A DNA stretch of 63,302 nt, counting the filler, from Octopus bimaculoides (Eukaryota), in NCBI RefSeq assembly GCF_001194135.2. It is 8 parts of 8 records of this genome, joined end to end, with 100 filler letters (N's around TTAATTAATTAA, not from the genome) between each part and the next. Parts side by side here need not be neighbours in the genome. Positions count along the whole stretch, not along the records: positions 1 to 14,874 come from NC_068983.1; positions 14,975 to 18,536 come from NC_068982.1; positions 18,637 to 22,482 come from NC_068991.1; positions 22,583 to 29,773 come from NC_068990.1; 4 more parts are not named here. One strand, written 5' to 3'. Shown in pieces: positions 10,980 to 23,362 of the stretch. Position 1 is the first letter of the stretch, and every line of letters begins with the position of its first letter. The notes beneath the pieces are model-generated. The model was given only the letters and a program-made list of their open reading frames with translations, searched no databases and was not told the origin of the DNA. Made by a program: the position numbers and the translations under genes.

Positions 10980-11400
10980 GTGCAGGCATGGCTGTGTGGT
11001 TAATAAGTTTGCTTCCTAACCACATGGTTTCAGGTTCATTGCCACTGTGTGGCACCTTTGGCAAGTGTCTTCTACCATTACCCAGGCCAACCTTGCAAGT
11101 GAATTGGGAGACAGAAACTGAAAGAAACCAATCGTGTGTGTGTGTGTTGTGCTGAATGTCTTTTCAATATGTTTGGAATGTGACCAGCTGTGTGTTGATG
11201 GGTGTGTATGTTGTGATGAATGTCTTATTGAAGAAAGAATTAGGGTTTTCCATTGGGTTAGATGTATACTTTTGAGTGTCTCCACTTTTGTGTATGTGTG
11301 TGGTCAGCAGCTGTGTGTGTGTGTATGTGTGTGTTTTGACATAGCAGGATAGTTGTAAACAAGTGTCACAATCATACAAGCAGGGTCCTTCATTACTTTG
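10980..11400 (+). mobile_element. tRNA-derived SINE family B (head, GT tract, body)
   Basis: Head gcaggcatggctgtgtggttaataagtttgcttcctaaccacatggtttcaggttca. Related heads occur at 55517 (+), 28441 and 28855 (-) and 57255 (-). Confidence 0.7.
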
Positions 11401-11429
11401 TAATTTTGTTGAGGCAGTTACTGATGAAG

Positions 11430-11900
11430 TCAGTTCTGAGAATTCTTTGTAGTGTTTGTGGATCTATTGAATGATTATGTTATGTTCTTCACCTTATGTT
11501 CTTCAAGGTTATGTACTTCACAATATCTTGTCACTGCCAGACAAAGCCATTCTGTGAAAAGTTCTGTGATGACTCGAATATTCTTTATTGATTTACAAAT
11601 CACAGACTGATGCATTTTGACATTTCCCTCATTAGTCATGAATTCCCTGATATTCTACTCGTTAATCATGGTGTAATTGAACCATAAACAAGCATTGGCT
11701 CCCACGTGGAATTTCCTAAAACATCTCCATCAAATAATAATGTTAAATAGGGGTTTTTTCTCCACCCATCTGAAACCCTGAAGCAATTTTTCTTCTTGGA
11801 AGATGGAAATATTTTGTGACATTCTTTTCCAAAGACAATAAAAAACCTGCTTTGTCTCCATTGAATCTAAATTGGTGAGGGGAGCTGTCACATTCAGTGA
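11430..11900 (-). mobile_element. Highly decayed pogo/Tigger-type DDE transposase fragment
   Basis: Frameshifted pieces FNGDK.. / LWKRMSQNISIFQEEKLLQGF, EPMLVYGS and ITELFTEWLCLAVTRYCEVHNLEEHKV resemble the Tigger FN.DETGL.WK.MP.RT.I..EEK..PGFK and AW.T..LF.EW motifs. Confidence 0.55.
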
Positions 11901-12274
11901 CACTCTTAAAAACCTCGGGGCCTGTATTTCCCTTCCAGTTACACTTGGCACTTTTCCTTGTTGTGATGAGTCAAACTTTGTGTGTATGTGAGACTACAAA
12001 TACATAAATGTGACACACAGTTTCTTACATACAATTATCATAGCAATGTAATGATACTCAACTGAAAATATCGTTGGCACTAAACGGAGAGTACTAAGCA
12101 AATACTATTGTATGTTATTGAGAGCTAGTGACTTAATACCATTTCGTAATTTTAACTAAAATTCAATTTCACCAGAATTTCTAAGGAAGATTAATTCTAC
12201 TCACTAAGACAAAGAGTTGTCTCCCATCCCTGACAGTTGCTGATTCTTCATGTAACTTCAATTTATCACCAGCA

Positions 12275-12650
12275 TCATCATTTAATGTTTGCTTTCCATG
12301 CTGGTATGGGTTAGATGGTCTGACTGGAATTGGTAAGCTGGAGAGCTGTAGCAGACTCCAGTCTGATTTGGCTTGGTTTCTACAGCTGGACGCCTTTCCT
12401 AACGCCAACCACTTCAAGAGTGTAACGGGTACTTTTTACGTACCACTGGCACAGGTACCATTTACATGACACTGGCAACAGCCATGACTATAATTTCACT
12501 TGGCTTGATGAGTCTTCTCATGCACAGCCTATCTCCAAAGATCTTGGTCACTTGTTGTTGCCTCTGTAAAGCCCGACATTCGAAGATCATGCTTCACTTC
12601 CTCGTCCCTTGCCTCCATGAGGCCCAACATTCAAAGATCATGCTAATGTC
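12275..12650 (-). mobile_element. RTE 3' end (ORF C-terminus plus UTR)
   Basis: The reverse complement encodes EVKHDLRMSGFTEATTSDQDLWR..HEKTHQAK* followed by the conserved tail. Confidence 0.8.
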
Positions 12651-12858
12651 AATGGTCACAATTACAATTTCACTGGTGTCATTTACAAGACACCTGGATG
12701 TGAATGGTTTGTAATGGTTGGAAAGAAATGAAAGGAATATGATACCATACTCCACTATTAGATGGTGAGATGTGTAAAGGATGGAAAGCAAATGAGACTA
12801 GAGAAAAATGGATAGAAGAAGAAGAATTAAATGGAGTTAAAGAGAGAAGACTATAGTG

Positions 12859-13193
12859 CAGTGGTTCCCAACCTGAGGTCCATGGATCTCTGGTGGTCCG
12901 CAAAGGCATTACCGGGAGTCCGTGAACTAAATTCAAAATTTCTGACTGGCCCCTGTGTCGGTGGCACGTAAAAAGCACTATCCAAATGTGATCAATGCCA
13001 AGCTGGCCTGACTGCCTCCTGTGCCAGTGGCACATAAAAAGTACTCTTGGAGTAGTTGGCGTTAGGAAGGGCATCCAGCTGTAAAAACTCTGCCAGATCA
13101 GATTGGAGCCTCGTGCAGCCTTCTGGCTTTCCAAACCTCAGTCAAACCATCCAACCCATGCCAGCATGGAAAATGGATGATAAACGATGATGA

Positions 13194-13230
<37 letters not shown>

Positions 13231-13304
13231 TAAGCATATTAAAAGAGGTTCATGGGAAAACTCATTTAAATATAAGGATTGGGAACCACTTTTGGGAACC
13301 ACTG
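12859..13304. mobile_element. hAT-type MITE with a nested RTE tail
   Basis: TIRs CAGTGGTTCCCAA and TTGGGAACCACTG. The 8-bp flanks ctatagtg (12851-12858) and ctacagtg (13305-13312) match at 7 of 8 positions, consistent with a hAT target-site duplication. Confidence 0.8.
12945..13195 (+). mobile_element. RTE 3' UTR fragment inside the hAT MITE
   Basis: Two hairpin units plus the conserved tail, ending in gatgatgat and then (CA)n. Confidence 0.8.
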
Positions 13305-13629
13305 CTACAGTGCTATGACCATGTGATGTGTATGGCAGATGCCAGTTGTATGCCATGTGGTAGGTGCTTTGAGTGGAAGAAACATGGAGGAGACCCAGGA
13401 AGGAATGGGATGAAGGGGTAATCATTCCAAAGGAAATGATAAGGGACCTTATCTTGCTGAAGAGGAACCATTCAAATAATGCAAGAATTAAAAAATGGAT
13501 GTATAAATGGTGACAGGAAATAAGATGTAAAATATTAACATTTGGGTCTCCCTTGACCCTTATTTTATATAATACTGGTCTCCTACTCTCTTCATTACTC
13601 TCTCATCTATCACTTACTCTATCAATATT

Positions 13630-14135
13630 ATCATCATTATCGTCATTTATGTCTGCTTTCCATGCTGGCATGGGTTGAACAGTTTGGTTGAAGGCTAGCA
13701 AACCAGAAGGCTGCACCAGGCTCCAATCCGATCTGGCAATGTTTCTACAGCTGGCTGCCCTTCATAACACCAACCACTCCGAGTGTGTAGTGGACACTTT
13801 TACGTGCCACCAGTATGAGGCCAGTCAGGCAGTACTGGCATTGATCATGCTTGAATGGTGCTCTTTACGTGCCACCAGCAAGGGAGCCAGCCTGGCAACA
13901 CTGGCAACAACCACGCTCAAATGGTGCTTTTTACATGCCATGGGCATGGGACCAGTCAGCCAGTGCTGGCATCAACCACACTCGAATGGTGCTTTTTACG
14001 TACCATAGCATGGGAGCCAGTCAGGTGGCACTGGCATCGACCATGCTCAAATGGTGATTTTTACATACCACTGGCACAGATGCCAATCAGGTGGCACTGT
14101 CATCGGCCACAATGACAACTTCACTTGCCTCAACA
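13630..14135 (-). mobile_element. RTE 3' UTR with five tandem hairpin units
   Basis: Reverse-complement tail plus five units of about 65 bp between 13798 and 14110. Confidence 0.8.
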
Positions 14136-14582
14136 GGTCTTTGCAAGCGCTCCCCCCTTCTCTCTCCCTTCATGTCACCTGTATAACAAGGATGGATATC
14201 ACACTGGATTTATCCACAAGCAATCCCACTTCTTTCCTCCTGGTTCTCTCGCTCTCTCTCTTTCCCACTACTCCCACCCTTATCACTCATCTCTCCAACT
14301 CTCTCACCTGCATCAATCTTCATCCCTACATCTCTCATATCATTCCTTCTATCACACATTTTTAAGACCCATCACTCACCCTCTATCGCTAGCACTGCCT
14401 ACCATCTCTTTCTCCCCCATTGTTTTCCGATCTCCAGTTCTCCCTGTTCTGTCACCATGTCTCTTCTATTACTCTTTCTTGACCTCTCCCACCCACCCTT
14501 CATACAGTTCATGCTGTTTCTATTCAATTTCCTTACCAACAATCGTCATGTAGCTGTCAATCACAGATTTTATCTCTCTCTA

Positions 14583-14874
14583 AGGCGCAAACGTGCGCGG
14601 TGCCGGGCAGGAGCATCCATGACAACCTCCATCTGATGCGCTACATCATAGAGAGGGTAGTTAAGGAACCTGGCATGGGTGGGGCCCTGATCAATTTAGA
14701 TCAATCGAAAGCTTTCGATAGGGTAGACCATCAATACTTGGAGGCTGTCCTCATAGCAGCCGGCTTCGGTCCCATTTTCCGCGGCTGGATGGCTGCCTTG
14801 TACAGAAGCATCCGTTCGGTTGTTCGCGTCAATGGGCATCTATCAAGACCCTTCGACATTGCACGTTCGGTCCG
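14583..14874 (+). mobile_element. Tx1/L1-clade reverse transcriptase fragment running into a gap
   Basis: Translates to QTCAVPGRSIHDNLHLMRYIIERV...GALINLDQSKAFDRVDHQYL...GFGPIFRGWMAALY...VRVNGHLSRPFDIARSVR. Confidence 0.85.
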
Positions 14875-14974
14875 NNNNNNNNNNNNNNNNNNNNNNNNNN
14901 NNNNNNNNNNNNNNNNNNTTAATTAATTAANNNNNNNNNNNNNNNNNNNNNNNNNNNNNNNNNNNNNNNNNNNN
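14875..14974. other. Artificial 100-bp scaffold linker N44-TTAATTAATTAA-N44 (first of seven)
   Basis: The identical 12-mer sits at 14919, 18581, 22527, 29818, 34836, 49406 and 60062 within symmetrical N runs. It has stop codons in all six frames. Confidence 0.95.
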
Positions 14975-16357
14975 CCTCCTCCTCCTACTACTACTACTAC
15001 TCTCCCTCATTATCATCTACTTCTGACAGCTCTGTTTTTCCTCACTCTTACACTCTCCTCTCTCACTCTCTTTCTCTATCTTTCTAGTAATCTAGCTCCC
15101 CTTCTCTGTCTCTGTTTGTTTGTCTGTCTCTGTCTGTCTGTCTGCCTGCCTGCCTGTCTATCTGCCTGCCTGTCGGCTGTCTCTGTCACTCTCTCTTTGT
15201 CTCTCCGTCTTTCTCTTTCTCTCTCTCTCCCCTCTCTCTCACACACATACTCAAAAACTTTGTTTCTCTTAGTAGCCGCACCTCAACCACACATGCCCTC
15301 GCTTTTGTTAGCCTGATGTCAACATTATTAATATCACCAGCACCACCACCACCACTGGCATTACGACTACTACCAACATAAATAACTACACCGTCGTCTC
15401 CACTATCACCTCGGCCACTGCCATGACCATCACTAACAACCTGTACCATCAACAATAATAACATTAACAATTTCACGCCAACGTGAGAATGACACCACAC
15501 TTAACACACGATGACCCTACAAATCAATGTGAGTGCCGATATATATATATATATANNNNNNNNNNNNNNNNNNNNNNNNNNNNNNNNNNNNNNNNNNNNN
15601 NNNNNNNNNNNNNNNNNNNNNNNNNNNNNNNNNGATGATGATGACACACACACAATATATACATGTGTGTGTGTGTGTGTGTGTTTGTGTGTGTGTGTTT
15701 GTGTGTGTGTGTATGTATGTGTGTGTAAACAAGAAGGTTGGTGTAAGCAAATCCTTTTCTTACATCAATTTACAATTGTTTCATTGTAAGTCATTAAAAT
15801 CTCACATCGCACGAATAAAAATATCATTATATATACACACATATAAATGTGTGTGTGTGTATGTCTGTCTGTTTCTGTCTGTGTATGTGTGTACGTGTGT
15901 GTTTGGCGGTGTATGTATACATGTATGTATATTCAGCAGCAAATAAACTGAGAGACCAGACCGTCGTTACTACAAAATATGCATTGAAGGTTTTCGACAT
16001 TACCTCTACAGCACCTAATCGTTTTGCTATATTTTAGCTTTAGTTGAGTAAAGTGCTTAACCTTGCACGTATTACATTTGTACTACGATCATACGGCCAT
16101 TCTTGCCATTACTTGAAGAGTCAGTACAAGTTGCTTTCACTCAGGTGTTATATCCTGGAAGCCCGTTGATTTAAATGTTTCAGGTCTGAGTGTTTATGTA
16201 TTTGCTGATGATTCAGTACTTAACATAATTAGAAAACACGTTGCGAATTTATGCATGGACGCATTTGACGGTTTCAGTTTGCTTTTTTTTTTTTTATTTA
16301 TTTATTTATTTATTTATTTTTCACATGTTACTCGTTGCTATTATGATTATTTTGTAT

Positions 16358-16575
16358 AAGGCGGTGAACTGGCAGAATCGTTAGCACGCCGGGCAAAATG
16401 CATAGCAGCTTTTCGTCCGTCTTTACGTTTTGAGTTCAAATTCTGCTGAGGTCGACTTTCCATCCTTTCGAAGTCGATAAATTAAGTACCAGTCAAGTAC
16501 TGGGGTCGATGTGATTGACTTACCCCACCCAGCAAAACCTCAGGCCTTGTGCTTATTGTAGAAAGGATTATTATT
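16358..16575 (+). mobile_element. SINE family A copy (CpGs retained)
   Basis: Reads aaggcggtgaactggcagaatcgttagcacgccggg...gagttcaaattc...ggggtcgatgt. Confidence 0.85.
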
Positions 16576-16661
16576 ATCATTATGTATACCATACGCCCGA
16601 GTATTGTTTCCCAGACTCAACGCATCTGTGCTAATGGCAGTGTCCCATTCTGTTGAGAAGT

Positions 16662-16910
16662 CGTGTGGCTTAGTGGATAATGTATTTGGCTCACGATTTT
16701 AAGGTCGTGAGCTCGATTTCCGGTGGAGCATTGTATCCTTGAGCGAGTGAATTTATTGTTCGTTGTTCCAGTACAACCAGCTGAAAAAAATAAGTTGTAT
16801 CTGTAATTCAAAGGGCCAGCCTCGTCACTCCCTGTGTCAGCTAAATCTCCCAAATATGTACGTTAAGGTTACGTGTGTCCGAAGACTGATCAGCCATTTT
16901 TACATTAATT
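16662..16910 (+). mobile_element. tRNA-derived SINE family C
   Basis: Head gtgtggcttagtggataatg...gagctcgatttcc, then ccttgagcgag. Relatives at 34985-35245 and 54335-54548 share ttgagcaa. Confidence 0.6.
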
Positions 16911-17054
16911 TTACGTGACGTTTTCACGTTATTTGAACGTATCAACTAGAACACTTGTCATCGTAACCCACGAGGAGAAGTGTCAAGAACATTATGAACA
17001 CAAGCAGGAGGCTAAAACAGGTAAACGTATACAACTGAAAATATTACATCTCTC

Positions 17055-17161
<107 letters not shown>

Positions 17162-17188
17162 GTCTATGTCAGCTGTTCTGTCAGATTC

Positions 17189-17246
<58 letters not shown>

Positions 17247-18929
17247 TATAATTCTAAATATATACGTGTTTTATTCCGTGTTTCCTTACAGATTGGTAAT
17301 GCTTAAATCAGTTGTTTTATTTATCAGAGGCAACTGATGAGTAGATAGGTATGTAAATACATACATACATACATTGATATATATATATATATATANNNNN
17401 NNNNNNNNNNNNNNNNNNNNNNNNNNNNNNNNNNNNNNNNNNNNNNNNNNNNNNNNNNNNNNNNNNNNNNNNNNNNNNNNNNNNNNNNNNNNNNNNNNNN
17501 NNNNNNNNNNNNNNNNNNNNNNNNNNNNNNNNNNNNNNNNNNNNNNNNNNNNNNNNNNNNNNNNNNNNNNNNNNNNNNNNNNNNNNNNNNNNNNNNNNNN
17601 NNNNNNNNNNNNNNNNNNNNNNNNNNNNNNNNNNNNNNNNNNNNNNNNNNNNNNNNNNNNNNNNNNNNNNNNNNNNNNNNNNNNNNNNNNNNNNNNNNNN
17701 NNNNNNNNNNNNNNNNNNNNNNNNNNNNNNNNNNNNNNNNNNNNNNNNNNNNNNNNNNNNNNNNNNNNNNNNNNNNNNNNNNNNNNNNNNNNNNNNNNNN
17801 NNNNNNNNNNNNNNNNNNNNNNNNNNNNNNNNNNNNNNNNNNNNNNNNNNNNNNNNNNNNNNNNNNNNNNNNNNNNNNNNNNNNNNNNNNNNNNNNNNNN
17901 NNNNNNNNNNNNNNNNNNNNNNNNNNNNNNNNTATATATATATATATATATCATATACACACACTCACGCACACACATATAAATATCTATTTATCTGCCT
18001 ATCTACGTATCTATGTATCTATATATATGCATCTAGCGTTTGTACATATCAATGCGGGAGTAGATTCACACACAGACCCATACACAACATGACTGCGAGT
18101 GTGCGCTTCTGTGTCAGTGTGGCGGGAGTGTGCGGTTTAGTCGGTTCGTTGTTTACGTGGACATTACAATTAAGTTTGACATTGTGTACATATTTACATA
18201 TAGATACACACTCACCAAAGGTGTCACAAATCATTATCACGAATATACACCTCCCCTCCTTTATCAAATACGCACACACATATACACACATATACTCACA
18301 CGTGCTCACTCAAACACAATGCAAACACACACTCACTCACACAAATGCTTAAACACAAGCACACAAACACACACACACTAACAAAAGCAAACATATGCAC
18401 GAATAAGTATGTACTTTTAGCAACCGTTTTTGTATAATCATAGGCGTAGATCTGTGTGTGCGTGCGTACTTGCGTGCGTGTGTATGTGTGTGTGTGTGTG
18501 TTTTCGTATGTGTATCTGTTTGCATGTTACTCTCTCNNNNNNNNNNNNNNNNNNNNNNNNNNNNNNNNNNNNNNNNNNNNTTAATTAATTAANNNNNNNN
18601 NNNNNNNNNNNNNNNNNNNNNNNNNNNNNNNNNNNNCTTCTGTGTTGTTCTGTGAAAGGGTTATTACCTTTAAATATTCTATAGGCTACCTTTGACGTTA
18701 TATCCACTAACATTTTTTTTTTTAAACAAACTTAATAGCTTTCAGTTAATCACTATACATATCAATCATTTTCTGTCAAAGTGTTTTATTGATGAGTCTC
18801 ATTTCTTCATTTCCATGAAGAGAAGATTACATTTTTATACACCATTTTATTCCTTCCGAATAATACCAGTGATATCTCTGTAACATGTGTCGGAAATAAA
18901 AGAGTTTGAATAACACCTACGTTTAACAC

Positions 18930-20335
18930 CGAAAGTCACTGAGAGGGTCATAGCCCAACTAATTAGGGAGCGAGTCAATTTAAATGAGATGCAGTTTGGG
19001 TTCATGCCAGGGAAAAGCACCACTGATGCTTTATTTCTGGTAAAACAGCTGCAGGAGAAATACCTAGCCAAGGATAAACCTCTGTACCTGGCTTTCGTTG
19101 ACATAGAGAAAGCTTTTGACAGGGTCCCCCGATCCCTTATCTGGTGGTCAATGAGGAAACTAGGGATAGAAGAATGGTTAGTGAGAGCTGTGCAAGCCAT
19201 ATGCAGAGACGCTGTCAGTAAGGTGAGGGTTAGCAATGAGTACAGAGAAGAATTCCGAGTAGAGGTAGGGGTCAACCAAGGTTCTGCCCTCATCCCCCTC
19301 CTATTTATCATAGTCCTCCAGGCGATAACAGAGGAATTCAAAATAGGATTCCCCTGGGAGCTCCTCTATACTGATGACCTTGCACTAATTGCTGAGTCAC
19401 NNNNNNNNNNNNNNNNNNNNNNNNNNNNNNNNNNNNNNNNNNNNNNNNNNNNNNNNNNNNNNNNNNNNNNNNNNNNNNNNNNNNNNNNNNNNNNNNNNNN
19501 CATGTAGCGAGAATGGATGAGGATAGCTGTGTGAAAAAGTGCCACAACCTGTGGAAGAGGTAGATCCAGGAAGACCGGGATGAGGTGGTGAAGCATGACC
19601 TTCAAACATCAGGCCTCACCGAGGCAATGACTTGTGACCGAGACCTTTGGAAATATGCTGTGCGTGAGAAGACCCGGCAAGCCAAGTGAGACCATAATCC
19701 GAGGCCTCTGTGTACCTTCCTTCATTGGACACTAAACTCCACTTGTGAAGACCTGTTGAGGTAAGTGAAATCGAAATCGAACCAAATTCGATGACTGGCA
19801 CCGATGCCAACCTCTTCTTTATCGGACACTAAACTCAGCTTATGAAGACCTGTTGGGGGCAAGTGAAATCGAAATCGTGATCGCACCTGTACCAGTGGAG
19901 CGCTAAGAGTACTGTCCAAGCGTGATCATTGCCAGAGCAGCCCACTGGCTTCTGTGCCAGTGGCACGTAAATAGCACCATTTGAGTGTGATCGTTACCAG
20001 CATCGCTTTACTAGCTCTTGTGCTGGTGGCATGTGAAAAAAGATTCGAGCGAGGTCATTGCCAGTGCCGCTGGACTGGCTCCTGTGCAGGTGGCACGTAA
20101 AATACACCATTTTGAGCATGGCCGTTGCTAGTACCTCCTGACTGGCCTTCATGCCAGTGGCACGCAAAAGCACCCACTACACTCTTGGAACGGTTAGCGT
20201 TAGGAAGGGTATCCAGCTGTAGAAACTCTGCCAAATCAGATTGGAGCCTGGTGTAGCCATCTGGGTTCGCCAGTCCTCAGTCAAATCGTCCAACTCATGC
20301 TAGGATGGAAGGCGGACGTTAAACGATGAGGATGA
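18930..20335 (+). mobile_element. 5'-truncated RTE-clade LINE (RT, C-terminus, 3' UTR), interrupted by a gap
   Basis: RT reads KVTERVIAQLIRERVNLNEMQFGFMPGKSTTDA...AFVDIEKAFDRVPR...GVNQGSALIPLLF...ELLYTDDL. After the gap come HVARMDEDSCVKKCH and EVVKHDLQTSGLTEAMTCDRDLWKYAVREKTRQAK*, then a 3' UTR with four hairpin units and a gatgaggat tail. Confidence 0.92.
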
Positions 20336-20993
20336 TATATATGCATATATTTGTTTGTGTGTGCCTACATACATACCCCACCCAAACACGCACACATCAA
20401 CTGCTACACACAAGCATCTGCCCACAACACACAAACACACATACATGAAATGCAAATCACTCCACACAATGCATGCATTAGGTTACTTATACACATACAT
20501 GATAACCCCACACACATGTACACGTCTATACGCACACACACACATACGCACTAGTACATAAAATGCACATCACTCCCCAAAATGTATGCACTAGGTTACT
20601 TATACACATACACACATACACATAATTCTAAGCTCACCTACATATACATTCACACATGCTTGCCCCCATTCACACATACATGCTAACACAAACACCATTC
20701 CCACAAAGACACACGTGCTCGTGCATCCTAGTTCAACCAGGTCACTGTTATTATTATTTCCCTTTCACTCAACCTCTTTCTTCTGGCCATTACATCATGT
20801 TGACCTGTTAACCCCTATACATTTTTTTTCTCTATCTGTTTTTTGTTTCAGACTCTCTCCTTTTTTTTCTTTCTGTTGAAGAACATAGGCTTGAAACATC
20901 GAAGACTTTTTCATTTTCCCTGAGCATCAAACTGATACCCTAGCTTGTTGTTCCTTCACCTGTCTTTGTCTTTTGTTTTCAGTAAATATGAAC

Positions 20994-21028
<35 letters not shown>

Positions 21029-22582
21029 TTCTCTCTCTCTGTGGTTTTNNNNNNNNNNNNNNNNNNNNNNNNNNNNNNNNNNNNNNNNNNNNNNNNNNNN
21101 NNNNNNNNNNNNNNNNNNNNNNNNNNNNNNNNNNNNNNNNNNNNNNNNNNNNNNNNNNNNNNNNNNNNNNNNNNNNNNNNNNNNNNNNNNNNNNNNNNNN
21201 NNNNNNNNNNNNNNNNNNNNNNNNNNNNNNNNNNNNNNNNNNNNNNNNNNNNNNNNNNNNNNNNNNNNNNNNNNNNNNNNNNNNNNNNNNNNNNNNNNNN
21301 NNNNNNNNNNNNNNNNNNNNNNNNNNNNNNNNNNNNNNNNNNNNNNNNNNNNNNNNNNNNNNNNNNNNNNNNNNNNNNNNNNNNNNNNNNNNNNNNNNNN
21401 NNNNNNNNNNNNNNNNNNNNNNNNNNNNNNNNNNNNNNNNNNNNNNNNNNNNNNNNNNNNNNNNNNNNNNNNNNNNNNNNNNNNNNNNNNNNNNNNNNNN
21501 NNNNNNNNNNNNNNNNNNNNNNNNNNNNNNNNNNNNNNNNNNNNNNNNNNNNNNNNNNNNNNNNNNNNNNNNNNNNNNNNNNNNNNNNNNNNNNNNNNNN
21601 NNNNNNNNNNNNNNNNNNNNNNNNNNNNNNNNNNNNNNNNNNNNNNNNNNNNNNNNNNNNNNNNNNNNNNNNNNNNNNNNNNNNNNNNNNNNNNNNNNNN
21701 NNNNNNNNNNNNNNNNNNNNNNNNNNNNNNNNNNNNNNNNNNNNNNNNNNNNNNNNNNNNNNNNNNNNNNNNNNNNNNNNNNNNNNNNNNNNNNNNNNNN
21801 NNNNNNNNNNNNNNNNNNNNNNNNNNNNNNNNNNNNNNNNNNNNNNNNNNNNNNNNNNNNNNNNNNNNNNNNNNNNNNNNNNNNNNNNNNNNNNNNNNNN
21901 NNNNNNNNNNNNNNNNNNNNNNNNNNGTTTCTTTCAACTTTTTTCTTAAAACCTAACGAATTTGACCAGCATGTTGTACTGCTGCCTCTCCCTCTCCCTC
22001 CCTATTGTATTCTATCTCTCTCTCTCTCTGAATCACCACTTCCACCATTTCCTCTTCGACTCGCGCGCGCACTCCAAACATATAACCAGCTCGCTTTCCA
22101 ACTCCACCACAATTTCGTACTGGAATCTCTATGCTAATAGAACCCACGACGAAGCTCCATTAGCCCGCGACAAAGCTCACCAAGAAATGAACAATAGCTA
22201 AGTCATTCCTATTTTTCATATATTATCCCTTCTGATGCGCTCCCCTTCCACCACCCCACTTCATTTTCTCTAACTACACATTTATGTATTTTTTTCTCTA
22301 TCTCACGCGATCTATCGTCTTCGCCTCTACTTGTTGAAGTTTGCTCCTTAGCCCAAACCTGACTGAAATTTGTCTCTAACCCCCTTTAAAAAATTACGAT
22401 TTTTAACTCTCATTTCTGTTACCAATTCAAGCATTTAATCTCACGTTTAAACACTACTGTGTTTCTTTCAACTTTTTTCTTANNNNNNNNNNNNNNNNNN
22501 NNNNNNNNNNNNNNNNNNNNNNNNNNTTAATTAATTAANNNNNNNNNNNNNNNNNNNNNNNNNNNNNNNNNNNNNNNNNNNN

Positions 22583-22615
<33 letters not shown>

Positions 22616-22676
22616 TATATATATATAAATATGCATACATATACACATACACATGTATGTATGCATATACATTTTG

Positions 22677-22714
<38 letters not shown>

Positions 22715-23362
22715 GTATTTATATATTTATATATTTATACGCACACATATGGCTACAGATGTTCATTTCACTGCTATACGGTCCTAGGTTCGAACCATCT
22801 TGACCTAATATGTTTTACCATTGCCTAGGGTCGATGGAACTTAAAATAGGTTTACAAAATCTTTATAGAAGTCCCTCGAATGGACTTCTATGACGGAGAG
22901 AAGCAAATGATACAAGAAAGTTGTATGAATACAATATTTTCTCTGGACACAGATTTTTGCTTTAGATACAAACACCAAAATAAACCTATCGGTGTTTTTT
23001 CGTCAAAAACACGCAGTAGAAACAAAATTTACTAGTTCGATAAAAATCTGTGTAAACAAATCAGCCGGAAGAAGCCGAAATTTCATTCGCTTTATTTCGA
23101 TATTTTTCCCAATATTAACGTCCAAAATATCTATTATCTTTTACAATCTTGTTAGAATCATTGCTAAAAAGATTTGCAGGAAGACATACATTTGAGATAT
23201 TAGTTCTAATAAGGCTCGTTTTAGTGAGTTGATTTAAATGAAATTTAAGTTTGTGAAGGGATAGGCACGTAAGAAACATCTCGAAATTTCAATTTCTTAT
23301 GTCAATTTCGGTTTTACCTTTCCTTGTTTTTATACAAATATAGTAAATTCTTTCATAGCCTT

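Noticed and set aside
13798-14110. CRISPR-like look of repeated palindromic units with variable inserts
   Set aside because: Variable parts are only 8-10 nt, units are the 3' UTR of an RTE LINE, no cas genes are present and the DNA is eukaryotic.
15250-15500. Thr-rich frame resembling a mucin stalk exon
   Set aside because: It is degenerate (ACC/ACT/AAC)n with incompatible phase and an in-frame stop before the donor.
16950-17020. Exon-like segment ctAG...acag/GTaaac after the EGF exons
   Set aside because: The open frame is not phase-compatible with exon E, the phase-1 reading stops after five codons, and the acceptor is weak.
17286-21956. Long ORFs of 200-336 aa in the track
   Set aside because: They consist almost entirely of N-gap translations.
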